Origin: an uncultured bacterium
Lineage (GTDB): Bacteria; UBP4; UBA4092
DNA length: 64,000 bases
NCBI GenBank assembly: GCA_964644695.1
Contig: CAZXWN010000011.1
Location: forward strand, 1 to 64,000
Direction of reading: 5' to 3'
Positions 20,596 through 31,107 of this stretch are shown here, in pieces (within the stretch, counting starts at the first letter, position 1; the number at the start of each line of letters is the position of its first letter). The notes beneath the pieces are model-generated. The model saw nothing but the letters and a program-made list of their open reading frames with translations, ran no database searches and was not told where the DNA came from. Both the position numbers and the translations under genes were made by a program.

Positions 20596-23500
20596 ATGGT
20601 CGAACATATTAATAAATCCAAGGTTAAGTCCCCTCGTCGTCACCGGTGGCTCCGAATTATCGGGATGCTGCTGATGGTTCTCATTGTATGTTTTATCGGC
20701 CTGAAACTTTATCTCTCCCCAACCCGTATTCAGGGTCTTTTGGAATCCACGCTTTCCGATTCTTTCGGGAGACCCGTGAAAACTAAATCCACTTCGGTGG
20801 GACTGGATGGTCACATCATTATAAAAGGATTGGTGGTTGAAAATCCGACAGGATTCAGCCCCTCCCATTTCCTGACTGCAGACGAACTCACTCTGACAAT
20901 TGATTACCTCCCCATATTACAAAAGAGGATTTATATCAGTTCGTTGAATTTAGTAAATCCCCTCATCACTCTGGAACAAAACTCTGCCGGACACTGGAAC
21001 TTCGAACTCCCGGGACCGGTACTGGTCAAGGACTACCGGGTAGATTCTTTAGTTGTCCAGAATGCCGACATTCTTTATCCTGTTTATCCTTCCGCCAGTC
21101 TCGATTCTATTCAAATTAAGATTCAGAACTTTGCCAAAGACAAACCCATGGATCTGAACTTGTCCGCCCGGATTGCTTCTCAACCAGACAGTATGATCAA
21201 CCTGTCTGGGACTATTAATGTTTTTAAGGCAGTCCCTACTGGAAAAGTAACCCTCCTGACCCGACATATTGACCCACTCCAACTGGCAGGGATAACCACC
21301 GGAAGATTCCCTCTGGATTCACAGTGGATATTAGATTCACCCGGACAGAAGACTGCCACCCTGGAAGGTTCTGTTATCCTCCCACAATACTCCTTCCGAA
21401 AAGATTTACCTACCCTGCAAGGTGAAACCATCCAATTTGTAGTGGCCTATGACCAGACAGCGGACCGGGTCGATTTGGTCTCACTGAAAACCGGAAAATC
21501 AGGGATTGCGAAAATCAATCTGACCGGAAACATAGAATCAGCGATGGGGGAAAGTACAGCCCACCTGACTTTGTCGGATTCATTTATCAACCTCACTCCA
21601 TTCCTTCCTCTGGTGGAATCGTACCAGCCCGGATGGAAGGGAGAAGGGGTTCTGAATATTCCCCGACTCAGTTATGTAGGGTATCTCAGTCAGGGGAAAC
21701 ATCAGGTAGAAGGAATACTGAACCTGAGTAAAATCTCAGCCAGCAATCCAAAAATGAAAGTGAAAGTACAATCCGCTGATACTCAAATCCAATTCAAAGG
21801 TGTCTATCCATCACCTGAATTTTTGAATGTAAAAGTAACAGGAGCAGCTTCCGGGAAGTTCGATACCTATTCGTGGCAGCTTCAGCAGCTCCATGCCAGC
21901 GCCGCAATGGATTCTTCTTTCCACTTAACACGCATTACCGCATCTTCTCCTCGGACCCTCATTCAAAGAGAGCCTTTGTCATGGGATGTCGCCGCATCAG
22001 GGAGTCATCTGAAAAGTGCCATCCGCTTTGCATCTCTTGACCCAACATCCTTCATGAAGGATTGCCCCATTCAAGGTAAACTAACGGGAAACATATCCCT
22101 GTCCGGTCCGGTAAACTTCAACGGAAATTATCAATACAATGGAACATGGACAGGAAACAATATTCGCTATCAGGACAAAACATTCTCTTCCGCCAAAGGA
22201 ACATTCTCGGGTGAGGCAAATACCCAATCGCGAAAATTGGTTGTTCGGAATATCACACTGGATTCTCCTGGACTGGTTTCTCTCTCCGGCTCCGTCACTG
22301 TGTCTGACTGGAGTAACGGCAAGGCCGATGGAACACTCCTGCTCCATTCATTAAATCTTTCATCCATTATGCCGATGGTGACCTCTGACAAATCTGTCAC
22401 ATTGCAGGGCGATATTTCAGGCAAACTTGAGTTCAATTATTTCCTTAAGAACAAACAGGCAAACACCTCTCTGGAACTGACTGGAACCCATATTGCTGGA
22501 CAGGATACAACCTTATCTTTCAGTGTTCATACTATCTCCATCACAGGAACCGCAAATTACACTGACCGGAAAACCATTCAATATAATTTGTCGTCTCGAA
22601 TCCAGCAGGGACGTGTCACTATCCCCAATCAACTGGAAGCCCTTACCAATCTCACCCTCTCCGGAACGGGTCAATATTCTCCCAAAGAGCAATTAGTATC
22701 CGGGATTTTCAAAGTTGAGAACGGGCATTTTACCGACACTGTATATGGAGTGACAGGCGATTCATTAAGGGCTGAACTGGCGGCGCAGTACGCAAAAGGT
22801 CGGGGTGTTATTGCAGATATCCACAACATCAGTATTGATACGGTGCAAGTCCGGGAGGTCACTGCCGACTCACTGAGACTGCATGCCCGATTGACTCGTG
22901 ATGATTTGAATATTCTATCTTTTACCGGAAATGTTTTAGGGGGGAATTGGAAATCTCATGGACTCGTTTTATTCTCTGGAGCGACCTTATTCCAGGGTGG
23001 GATAGAAGTGTCTGGTATTTCGACCCGGTCTGCCATCGAGGTAGCATCTAATTACACCGAACTGCCTTACTTGTCGAAATCTGGGCTACTCTCCGCCAAA
23101 GCGGAAGGATATTTCAGTTCCATGAGTTCCTTCGGGGGATTCGGAGAGATCAGCATCCATCGTGTAAATCTGGTGAAAGAGGATGTCACCCTCATCCGAA
23201 GATTTGATGGACTGATTCCCATCTCCTTTAATCAAGACTCGGTTAATATCCAACCCTTCACCTTATATGTTGAGAATAGACTCCAACCCCGATTGGAAGC
23301 GCACCTGGCAAACCCCTGGAGTGGATTCAGCACAATGTCAGGAACGGTGTCGGCCGTTCAATCACCCGAATCGCTGAATACTCTGCAGGATGTATTATTT
23401 GAATTTCTTCCGTCTATGATTCAGGATGCAACACTCTCTGGAGAAGCGGGAGTCAGAACAACGATCAGTCTGGATTCAGGCAAATTCAATACAGCCGGCA

Positions 23501-24300
23501 CTCTGACTATAACCAGCACCACATTGGTCACACCCGATGTTTCTGTTTACAACCTGCAGGCATCCATCCCGCTTGATAATCGATATGTCGATGAGGAAGG
23601 ATATTATCCCATCCGATTCACACGAGATAATTACTCGATATGGAACAAGTTATTACAGGATGACTACAAGACCGGACCTGTTTCATTCTCGGCTGATTCC
23701 GTCATCTACGGCATTATCCACCTGGATGATATCCGGGCAATAGTCGGAGCAAGTTCACAGGGAATCCAAATCCCCGTACTTACGGGTAAACTCTTTGGCG
23801 GTTCCGTATGGCTTCGCAGTCTCCTCGATTCTGAGGGCAAGGCAAACGCAGGCCTCCTCTTAGAAGATATTTCCCTGAAACAGGTGTGCGACGCTCAAGA
23901 ATCTACCCGGGGTATGATTTCCGGCAGAATCAGTGGCATGATTTTACTGGCTGATATGGGATCCAGTTTGTCGGGTATTCGGGGCAACATCCATTTATGG
24001 GCTATTCCCTCAAATAAGGAGAAGAGAGCCTTCTCCCGAGAGTTCCTCAAGAAAGCCGCAGGCAGAGACCTCCCACCAGTCTATGTCCACCGGAGTTATG
24101 ACGATGCCCGTCTCCGCGTCACCATTTCCGATGGGTTCCTGACTTTTGACGAATTACTCATGGAAGGGAAACTGTTTGGGAAACCCATGACATCTATTGG
24201 GATTAATCCTTCTGGCAACAAAGTATCCCTTAACAATATGCTGGACTGGATCTCCGGACTCAGTGAATCAGACAGCGGTATCCGGACCGAAATCAAATAA
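20596..24300 (+). CDS. AsmA-family envelope protein
   Basis: N-terminal TM anchor, AsmA-like ...GHWNF region, long beta-rich body; 1234 aa. Confidence 0.75.
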   Translation: MVEHINKSKVKSPRRHRWLRIIGMLLMVLIVCFIGLKLYLSPTRIQGLLESTLSDSFGRPVKTKSTSVGLDGHIIIKGLVVENPTGFSPSHFLTADELTLTIDYLPILQKRIYISSLNLVNPLITLEQNSAGHWNFELPGPVLVKDYRVDSLVVQNADILYPVYPSASLDSIQIKIQNFAKDKPMDLNLSARIASQPDSMINLSGTINVFKAVPTGKVTLLTRHIDPLQLAGITTGRFPLDSQWILDSPGQKTATLEGSVILPQYSFRKDLPTLQGETIQFVVAYDQTADRVDLVSLKTGKSGIAKINLTGNIESAMGESTAHLTLSDSFINLTPFLPLVESYQPGWKGEGVLNIPRLSYVGYLSQGKHQVEGILNLSKISASNPKMKVKVQSADTQIQFKGVYPSPEFLNVKVTGAASGKFDTYSWQLQQLHASAAMDSSFHLTRITASSPRTLIQREPLSWDVAASGSHLKSAIRFASLDPTSFMKDCPIQGKLTGNISLSGPVNFNGNYQYNGTWTGNNIRYQDKTFSSAKGTFSGEANTQSRKLVVRNITLDSPGLVSLSGSVTVSDWSNGKADGTLLLHSLNLSSIMPMVTSDKSVTLQGDISGKLEFNYFLKNKQANTSLELTGTHIAGQDTTLSFSVHTISITGTANYTDRKTIQYNLSSRIQQGRVTIPNQLEALTNLTLSGTGQYSPKEQLVSGIFKVENGHFTDTVYGVTGDSLRAELAAQYAKGRGVIADIHNISIDTVQVREVTADSLRLHARLTRDDLNILSFTGNVLGGNWKSHGLVLFSGATLFQGGIEVSGISTRSAIEVASNYTELPYLSKSGLLSAKAEGYFSSMSSFGGFGEISIHRVNLVKEDVTLIRRFDGLIPISFNQDSVNIQPFTLYVENRLQPRLEAHLANPWSGFSTMSGTVSAVQSPESLNTLQDVLFEFLPSMIQDATLSGEAGVRTTISLDSGKFNTAGTLTITSTTLVTPDVSVYNLQASIPLDNRYVDEEGYYPIRFTRDNYSIWNKLLQDDYKTGPVSFSADSVIYGIIHLDDIRAIVGASSQGIQIPVLTGKLFGGSVWLRSLLDSEGKANAGLLLEDISLKQVCDAQESTRGMISGRISGMILLADMGSSLSGIRGNIHLWAIPSNKEKRAFSREFLKKAAGRDLPPVYVHRSYDDARLRVTISDGFLTFDELLMEGKLFGKPMTSIGINPSGNKVSLNNMLDWISGLSESDSGIRTEIK

Positions 24301-24324
24301 TCTCGCCTCAAGTCACGATTCAGT

Positions 24325-25227
24325 TCATCTCCAGGCTGGATTATATGCAAAAAAGTTATAGTTCCCTGGAATGAAAGTAACAGACTTATCCCGCAAATCC
24401 AACACCCCAAAGTGTGAAACCTTATCACTGTGATTATAAGAGCAATAAATAACTTTGGTCCCCTCTTGATTAATGCCAGGCCATAAATCCCGGTCTGGAC
24501 TATAGGTCAACTGTTCAAGTTTCAAGGTCTTGAGATGAAGGCGGTAGATATTGAAGTCCGTTGTTCCCTTTTGCACACGGGCATGGAACAAAATAGATTT
24601 TCCATCTGGTGCTCGTTGGACATGCTGGATATCCTGTAATCCAGTAAGCAGGGTTTGGTTCTTATTTTTCTTTATGTCGTATCTTATGAGAGCATTTCCC
24701 TCTAACGGTACATAAATGATATATTTCTTATCCGCGGTGTAAGCAGGCCAGGCTATCTGTCGACTATCATGCTTTATATCTATGCACTGTCTTGTTTTAA
24801 AAATAAACCGCTTACCGTCAAGGACCGCTTCTGTTTCATCTGGAGATATGTCCCAGCTCCGAGCAGGGTCTCTCCCGTCCAGGATTTTGTACACACGGCC
24901 ATCCGGATAAATTCGGCACAGACCATCATCCTTATATCCATAAAACCACTGTCGGTTTTTAAGAAACTTTACTGAATATACACCCTTCAAGTAAAACTTA
25001 TCGGAATCGAATTTCTCTGGATTTCGAAGATACATCCCAGTGTTTTGGGAGTCGGATACTTTCAGATAAATAAAATCTCCGGGCTCCATGGGTACCAGTG
25101 CTGTCTGGGCAAGTTTCGCATCTGGATAATCAACAGGGTTTGGTGCCGGCAGATATTTGGGTGCACTCCAGCTGAAACCCACTATGAAAGAAAATAGTAA
25201 AATCCATAATCCTGTTTTGTACTTCAT
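24325..25227 (-). CDS. Secreted TolB-like (PD40) beta-propeller protein
   Basis: Signal peptide; WDISPD, APDGK..LF, QLT...P repeats; ends NPAWR. Confidence 0.75.
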   Translation of the reverse strand: MKYKTGLWILLFSFIVGFSWSAPKYLPAPNPVDYPDAKLAQTALVPMEPGDFIYLKVSDSQNTGMYLRNPEKFDSDKFYLKGVYSVKFLKNRQWFYGYKDDGLCRIYPDGRVYKILDGRDPARSWDISPDETEAVLDGKRFIFKTRQCIDIKHDSRQIAWPAYTADKKYIIYVPLEGNALIRYDIKKNKNQTLLTGLQDIQHVQRAPDGKSILFHARVQKGTTDFNIYRLHLKTLKLEQLTYSPDRDLWPGINQEGTKVIYCSYNHSDKVSHFGVLDLRDKSVTFIPGNYNFFAYNPAWR

Positions 25228-25282
25228 AAATATTTTTCTCCTGCATCGAGATTTTGTTTCATCACTTCATCATGAGCCCACA

Positions 25283-26176
25283 TTACCAAGCGCACCACCA
25301 AACCTTATTATCATATTCTCCGGGGAGCACATCTAACAATTTCCCATTCACATCAATGACCGCAAAATGCCGCAGCGGCGTATCAATAGACTGGGTAATA
25401 TAGAGAATCTTTTTACCTGTGGCGTCGAAACAGGGGTTACAGTCGAGACCCGGCCAGGCCGTTAACTGCTTTGTTTTTCCGGTTCGAGCATCCACCATCC
25501 AGATATCGTACTTCGCATCTTTTGTATCCTGAGCAGCCTGATACACAATGTGCCGGCCATCCGATGACCAGTCAGGCACCTCCTTAAGCAACTCGTCATC
25601 AACCAGCTTCTTAATCACACCCGATTTCAAATCAGCTATCCACAGTTTCCGAGAAGAACAGTACACCACCTTTTTCCCATCTGAAGAATAAGATGGATAA
25701 ATACCTCCCACATTTATATCAGATACCAGTGACCATTTCTTAGAACTCCGCTGATAACGATACACCTGAGATGAACCACCCCTCTCAGCCCAAGCCACCA
25801 CAAACTCACTTCCATCCGGGGCCACATCCCAGGAGATGGCGACATTTTTCAAAGTAAGAATACTGTAGTAAATACCCTCAGGAGTAACTTCATTAATCAC
25901 GCCTCTTTTTATAACAAAAACAGATTTTGTTTTCCGGGGTATCCTGATTTGGAATCCATTATCTACGAAGATCCTGTCCTGACCTGCCTCACTGACAGGA
26001 CGAACCATCAGATTGCCTTGATTGAAATAGTATAGAGAGCTCTTTGTAATAGAGGTTTTTGTCAGTCCGGCAAACGGACCAGGTTTTTCTTTACTCCACC
26101 CCAATCCCGCACCAATCACTATCATTCCTAAAAGCAATATCCCGAAAAACAGTTTCTTCGCCCAATCTGATTTCAT
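25283..26176 (-). CDS. Secreted TolB-like (PD40) beta-propeller protein
   Basis: Signal/TM segment; WDVAPDG, PSYSSDGKK, PDWSSDGRHIVY repeats. Confidence 0.8.
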   Translation of the reverse strand: MKSDWAKKLFFGILLLGMIVIGAGLGWSKEKPGPFAGLTKTSITKSSLYYFNQGNLMVRPVSEAGQDRIFVDNGFQIRIPRKTKSVFVIKRGVINEVTPEGIYYSILTLKNVAISWDVAPDGSEFVVAWAERGGSSQVYRYQRSSKKWSLVSDINVGGIYPSYSSDGKKVVYCSSRKLWIADLKSGVIKKLVDDELLKEVPDWSSDGRHIVYQAAQDTKDAKYDIWMVDARTGKTKQLTAWPGLDCNPCFDATGKKILYITQSIDTPLRHFAVIDVNGKLLDVLPGEYDNKVWWCAW

Positions 26177-26339
26177 TCAACATCCCTCCTGGATGGATTT
26201 TATTCCCAATGAGATTTTAAGACCATCCCTTGTAAATATCAACTCACTATCAATAATGTTGACAACATCAAAACCTCGACAAAAATAGAGGCTCATTTCT
26301 TGAATTTTGCCACCCTCTTTGTGATAGCATATCGGATAT

Positions 26340-26684
26340 ATGGATGTATTGTCCCCGGAACAAGAGCATGTCGCAAAAATTGGGCGGCGCAAACTAAGAG
26401 CAGGCTCCTTTCTTGTTATTGGAGTACTACTGGTAGATGCTTTATTTTGTTTGTATTTTCTGGCAACCCTGAATCTGGAAGAAAAGAAGGTTGGACTTCA
26501 TCCGAATGTCCTGACCTTCATTCTCCTGGTAAGTGGGGTCCTGCTGGCTTACGGGTCCTGGCTAATGTGGAGAGGTCTCTATACAGAGGTTAGAGTATAT
26601 CGGCAGGAACTGAAACACGTTGAAAAACAAATATCTGAGGTCATGGAACAAGAGTTGATCAAGGATAAATTAAAAAAAGAGTAA
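26340..26684 (+). CDS. Small two-TM membrane protein with coiled-coil tail
   Basis: Two hydrophobic segments; followed by terminator. Confidence 0.6.
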   Translation: MDVLSPEQEHVAKIGRRKLRAGSFLVIGVLLVDALFCLYFLATLNLEEKKVGLHPNVLTFILLVSGVLLAYGSWLMWRGLYTEVRVYRQELKHVEKQISEVMEQELIKDKLKKE

Positions 26685-26701
26685 AAATCTTTCGATAAAC
26701 T

Positions 26702-26729
26702 AAAAAAGCCCGGTATGAACCGGGCTTTT
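26702..26729. terminator. Bidirectional terminator
   Basis: aaaaaagcccggt atga accgggctttt between convergent genes. Confidence 0.8.
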
Positions 26730-26743
26730 ATTATTAGCATGAA

Positions 26744-27742
26744 TCAGGGTAGATAAGACTGAGATAATCGAAGTGCATGAAAAGCTCGTTTCAGAGCAAC
26801 CTGCATCTGAGGGTCCGAATCCAACATAAATTTCTCCAAATATCGGGCGACCTTTGGATCACCCCATTGTCCAATTCTCTGGACTGCTTCCCGCTGGATA
26901 GTGGGATTTGAATCATCTAATGCCGCAATAAAGGCCGCCAGCGATGGGGGATAATGAGTCGAACCTAATCCACGCAACGCATGATAACGGGCCATGGCAT
27001 CAGGATGGCTCCGAACACATTCAATCAAGTAATCACAGGCCTCAGACCCTAAACGGGCCAAACCCAGAGCCGCACTGCTGCCTTCGGGTACCTTACTGAG
27101 ACGAGACGCAAACACTTTAAAATAGACAGGGTCCTTCAGCATGGAGAGAGCAAACAAACTGGCTGACCGAACTTTACTTTCTTTATCGTCGATTCGTTCA
27201 TTCAGTATCTCAATTGCCCGGGAGTCATTCACCAGAGACAAAACTTCACAGGCAGAAGCTCGAACTGCAGGGTCAGGAGAATTTGCCGCTTCTATCAGAC
27301 AATTCTCTCCCTCAGGTCCAAATTTCAACAGAGCATAAGCCATGGGATAAGGCGATAACTTTATTGAAAGAAGGTTCCGGACTTCAGGAATAATCTCAAC
27401 ATAATGCAGAGAACCTAAAGCCAGTGCTGCATGGTACTGTTCTTCCGGAGTGCCCGTCTTAACAAGTTGAACCAAATCAGGAATCACCGCTTTTAATTGT
27501 CTCTCACCGGACAGACGGCAAGCCAACAATAAAGCGCCCCGGTGAATTCCCTGTAACGCAAAGGTAACCGCGGGAAGTAATGTTTCCTCTGGAGCATTCC
27601 GGAGGGCTTTTTCAACTTCATCTTCAAGATCTGGTTTGATCCTCACCAGGCTGAACAAATCCTGGGGGTCCTCAAACAGGGTCAACTCCCATGGTTCTGG
27701 TGAAAATATAGGTAAATTGTCGTCAGAATATCTGAAATCCAT
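26744..27742 (-). CDS. Cytoplasmic HEAT-repeat protein
   Basis: Repeated VRASA..L, AALALG units. Confidence 0.8.
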   Translation of the reverse strand: MDFRYSDDNLPIFSPEPWELTLFEDPQDLFSLVRIKPDLEDEVEKALRNAPEETLLPAVTFALQGIHRGALLLACRLSGERQLKAVIPDLVQLVKTGTPEEQYHAALALGSLHYVEIIPEVRNLLSIKLSPYPMAYALLKFGPEGENCLIEAANSPDPAVRASACEVLSLVNDSRAIEILNERIDDKESKVRSASLFALSMLKDPVYFKVFASRLSKVPEGSSAALGLARLGSEACDYLIECVRSHPDAMARYHALRGLGSTHYPPSLAAFIAALDDSNPTIQREAVQRIGQWGDPKVARYLEKFMLDSDPQMQVALKRAFHALRLSQSYLP

Positions 27743-27833
27743 TCAAGGCCTCACAAAATCTTATTGTTACCGTCTTCTAACTAATGAGTCTAGACCTTTT
27801 ATGGGAGAGTGTCAGATGTTTTTCTTTGGCAAT

Positions 27834-27880
27834 AAAAAAAACCCGGGTCCGAGAAAGGGAGAGAGAAGAAGGCCCGGGTT
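27834..27880 (-). terminator. Terminator with CU-rich loop after the sigma54-driven small gene
   Basis: Minus strand aacccgggcc-ttcttctctctccctttctc-ggacccgggtt followed by a T run. Confidence 0.8.
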
Positions 27881-27931
27881 CACCTTGATTATTCCAACGC
27901 TTGTTGGTTGGAGGTTGTGCCTGTTAAGAGT

Positions 27932-28162
27932 TTATCCCACGGGTTCAACGGTTAAGATAGCTCCACCGTTGCGCAGGAAATGTCCTTTTTTTACTCCGCC
28001 GGCGACTTTTGCCAGGTTCATTGCTTCTAAAATGTTGTTAGCCTGGATATAAATCATCCGTTCATAGTATTTTCCGCTTCCAACATGCCCTCCTTTGACC
28101 AGACAACGATACACTCGTATGTGGTCCCCGTGTTCAACATTTATTGGAGTCGGTGTATTCAT
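27932..28162 (-). CDS. Small basic hypothetical protein (KGGHVGSGK motif); start at ATG 28162 or GTG 28114
   Basis: ORF lies between a sigma54 promoter and a terminator; the ORF-track start at 28186 falls inside the promoter. Confidence 0.75.
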   Translation of the reverse strand: MNTPTPINVEHGDHIRVYRCLVKGGHVGSGKYYERMIYIQANNILEAMNLAKVAGGVKKGHFLRNGGAILTVEPVG

Positions 28163-28174
28163 ATTCACTAAATA

Positions 28175-28190
28175 TGCATGAAGCATGCCA
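28175..28190 (-). promoter_or_regulatory. sigma54 -24/-12 promoter
   Basis: TGGCATGCTTCATGCA: GG-N10-GC spacing exact; next to a bEBP gene. Confidence 0.8.
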
Positions 28191-28287
28191 TTTTATTAGT
28201 ATTGGATAATTATTTTAAAAGTAACTGATAATTAGAATGTTAGAAGCACAATGGAGGGATTTTTTGAAATTCGACTCAATTAGATAG

Positions 28288-28325
28288 TGTTTATTAATTA
28301 AACACTCATGTCTATTTTACAGACA
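28288..28325. promoter_or_regulatory. Tandem bEBP upstream activator sites (2 x TGT-N11-ACA)
   Basis: TGTTTATTAATTAAACA (28288-28304) and TGTCTATTTTACAGACA (28309-28325), 21 bp apart. Confidence 0.7.
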
Positions 28326-28415
28326 CTGAAACAACATTAATGTAAGTTAATGGGAGGAAGGAAACTCTTTGTAAAGCCGTTCAAATCGAATCGTTCTTTG
28401 ATTAAAAGCACCGGG

Positions 28416-30080
28416 TTAGGTCTCTTTTTTCAGACCATATTTAGTAATCTTGCTGTATAGAGTGTTCCGGTTCATTTTCAGGACTTGGGCAGATTTGGAG
28501 ATATTCCAACCTATGCGGTCGAGCACATACCGAAGATATTCGGCTTCCATGTCGTCCATGGGAACAATCTTATTGAAACTGGCTGCCGGAGTCGTCGCCT
28601 GAATCCAGTCAGGGAGGGCGTATCCCGGAGATTGGGGGAAATTAGAGTTTTGTGTGAGTTGTTCCACAGTTTCAATTTCCTGACGTGTCCAATGGTTAGA
28701 GGGAGTCAGAACAATAGTCCTCAGGAAGAAGTTTTCAAATTCACGAACATTTCCCGGCCAGGGTTTATCCATGAGATATTCAATGGCTGAAGGAGACAAG
28801 GTGATTTTACGATGAGGGGCGTGTTTCCGGAGGAAATATTCCGCCAGCAGCCCAATATCATCTTTTCTTTCCCGTAAAGGAGGTAAATGGATCGGAAGAA
28901 CATTGATTCTATAATAGAGGTCTTCCCGGAAAGTACCCTCCGCCATCATAGTTTGGAGATTTCGATGGGTGGCGGTAATGATTCGGACATCAATTCGGAT
29001 ATTTTCATTTCCACCTACGCGCTCAAATGACCGTTCCTGTAAAACACGGAGGAGTTTCACCTGTAACACCGGAGTCAAATCCCCTATTTCGTCCAGAAAC
29101 AGTGTCCCCTTATGCGCTAATTCAAAACGACCGATCCGGCGCGCAATAGCTCCCGTGAAACTACCCTTTTCATGGCCAAACAATTCAGATTCCAGAAGAT
29201 TTTCCGGAATAGCCGCACAGTTTACCGCCACAAAGGGCCTGTCAGCCCGGGACGAATGAAGATGAATCGTCCGGGCAAGAAGCTCTTTCCCCGTACCATT
29301 CTCTCCCGTAATCAAAACAGTCGTTTCATCCGTAGCCGCCGCCAGCCGGGCCCGTTTCATGACCGCCCGAAAACTGGCACTATTCCCAATCAGACGGGGA
29401 GCCGTTTCTGTTTTCACCAAAGCCGCCGGTCCATTGGTATCTTCCGGCAATATTCCACCCGGAGCATCTATGGGTATTTCGGGATGGATTTCAGGAACCG
29501 ATTCCGGTTGTCGCCGCCATTGGTCAAGTTCCTGGATGGCAGAATGGACATCTTTAAGCCCCAGACAGGCATCTGCCAAAAACCGCCGGTCTGACCATAA
29601 CCCCGGATGAAGAACCAGAGCCGCTCGGAAATCATCCACAGATTCACGGCTGGTTCCTTCACCCTGGCGGGCAAGTCCCAGACACAAATGAATATCGGCA
29701 ATAAATCGTTCGACGGAGGGATAAAACCGACCTAGATAATACTGGCCACTCTCATAATGTTGTCGTGCCGTATTCATTGCCTGATGGAGATGGATTTCAG
29801 CATTTTCATAGTCGTCACGACTCAGGCATAACAAAGCCAGATTGAACCGGACATCTGCATAATCAGCACCCGATTCAATCGCCTTTAGATACAGATTCTT
29901 GGCGCGTTCATGGTTCCCGGCATGGTAACAGGCATGACCCCATAATCGGTACCCTTCACCACTGGGTGGATTATCCCGGAATCGTTCCGCATATTGTCCG
30001 GCGGCTTCAGCATACTCACCCGCCAGAAACAATCCAATAGCATCTAATTGACTTTGTGTATTTACATTATCTACCGACAT
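28416..30080 (-). CDS. sigma54-dependent enhancer-binding protein with N-terminal TPRs
   Basis: [45 protein letters not shown], Fis-type HTH; TPR helices at N-terminus. Confidence 0.93.
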   Translation of the reverse strand: MSVDNVNTQSQLDAIGLFLAGEYAEAAGQYAERFRDNPPSGEGYRLWGHACYHAGNHERAKNLYLKAIESGADYADVRFNLALLCLSRDDYENAEIHLHQAMNTARQHYESGQYYLGRFYPSVERFIADIHLCLGLARQGEGTSRESVDDFRAALVLHPGLWSDRRFLADACLGLKDVHSAIQELDQWRRQPESVPEIHPEIPIDAPGGILPEDTNGPAALVKTETAPRLIGNSASFRAVMKRARLAAATDETTVLITGENGTGKELLARTIHLHSSRADRPFVAVNCAAIPENLLESELFGHEKGSFTGAIARRIGRFELAHKGTLFLDEIGDLTPVLQVKLLRVLQERSFERVGGNENIRIDVRIITATHRNLQTMMAEGTFREDLYYRINVLPIHLPPLRERKDDIGLLAEYFLRKHAPHRKITLSPSAIEYLMDKPWPGNVREFENFFLRTIVLTPSNHWTRQEIETVEQLTQNSNFPQSPGYALPDWIQATTPAASFNKIVPMDDMEAEYLRYVLDRIGWNISKSAQVLKMNRNTLYSKITKYGLKKET

Positions 30081-30160
30081 ATATACCCGCAGTTTACCAT
30101 AAATCCCGAATAGACTTAAAGATAAGATGGTCTATTAATATTTTTCTTTTTTCTCCGAAA

Positions 30161-30206
30161 CGAATCATCCACGGACCATCTCGGAGCAACTCCGTGAATC
30201 CTTCGT
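30161..30206 (-). repeat. 46-bp palindromic repeat, copy C
   Basis: Reverse complement ACGAAGGATTCACGGAGTTGCTCCGAGATGGTCCGTGGATGATTCG. Confidence 0.85.
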
Positions 30207-30220
30207 TATTCGTAGAATTA

Positions 30221-30255
30221 TAAAACCGGATAATCCTTAGGATTATCCGGTTTTA
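30221..30255. terminator. Terminator (near-perfect palindrome)
   Basis: taaaaccggataatcc tta ggattatccggtttta. Confidence 0.8.
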
Positions 30256-30274
30256 TTTAGATTGTTCAGGTGTT

Positions 30275-30922
30275 CTAGTTTTGTACAGGTTCAGGAATAA
30301 TAGATTTTTTATCACTAGCTATTAAATCCTGATAAAAACACGCATATGCTGTATACATATATGGAATAACCCATAATAAACCAATACAACAAGTCAATAC
30401 CCCTAAGAGTGACCACCCAATAAAAGAAAGTCCTAATACAAACCATTTCCATTTTTTACCGTGCATCAATCGGATGCTTTCCTTAATCACATCTGAGACG
30501 GACATGTCAGGATTATCATATAGAATAAAATATGACTGTGAATAATTCAGCGATGCAACAATTCCTGGAACAATTAAAAGCAATGTCCATGCAAGAACTT
30601 TTATTAACACTAATAATGTCAGTAGAACAACCTTGCCCCATCGTCTAAAACCTTCAGCCAAAGAATCAATACTTGGGGATTCGTTCCGAATCAGTTTTAG
30701 GAAGAACACCATCATCCCAAAAGAAAGTGGAGTTTGAATTAGTAAATTAAATAAAGTTACAGCTAAAGAAACAAAAATATAAATATCTGTGCCTTCAGTA
30801 AGCTTCTGGGCTATCGAAAAAACCATACTCACAACCATAACAATTACTACTACAACGATAGCGATCAACCAATTTCCTTTAAGCGATTCCCTTGCTTCAG
30901 CCCTTATTTCTTTGTTAGTCAT
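30275..30922 (-). CDS. DUF975-family membrane protein
   Basis: AREsLKGNW, WTLLLIVPGIV..YSQ, SIRLMHGKKW, LSFIGW, LWVIPY; start probably ATG 30922. Confidence 0.88.
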   Translation of the reverse strand: MTNKEIRAEARESLKGNWLIAIVVVVIVMVVSMVFSIAQKLTEGTDIYIFVSLAVTLFNLLIQTPLSFGMMVFFLKLIRNESPSIDSLAEGFRRWGKVVLLTLLVLIKVLAWTLLLIVPGIVASLNYSQSYFILYDNPDMSVSDVIKESIRLMHGKKWKWFVLGLSFIGWSLLGVLTCCIGLLWVIPYMYTAYACFYQDLIASDKKSIIPEPVQN

Positions 30923-31107
30923 TGTTTTACCCTCCAATGGATTTAAGCAAGATACTATACAATAACGCTCCACTTGTCAAACAATTACCCTGGATATACC
31001 GATAAAAAAGAAATCCCGTGAGACTTAAAGTCCCACGGGGGTTTCTTTTCATTTTGTCAGAGTTCTCACTTAAGACCTCATGACAAAACCCTAATTGTAA
31101 TTACCCT

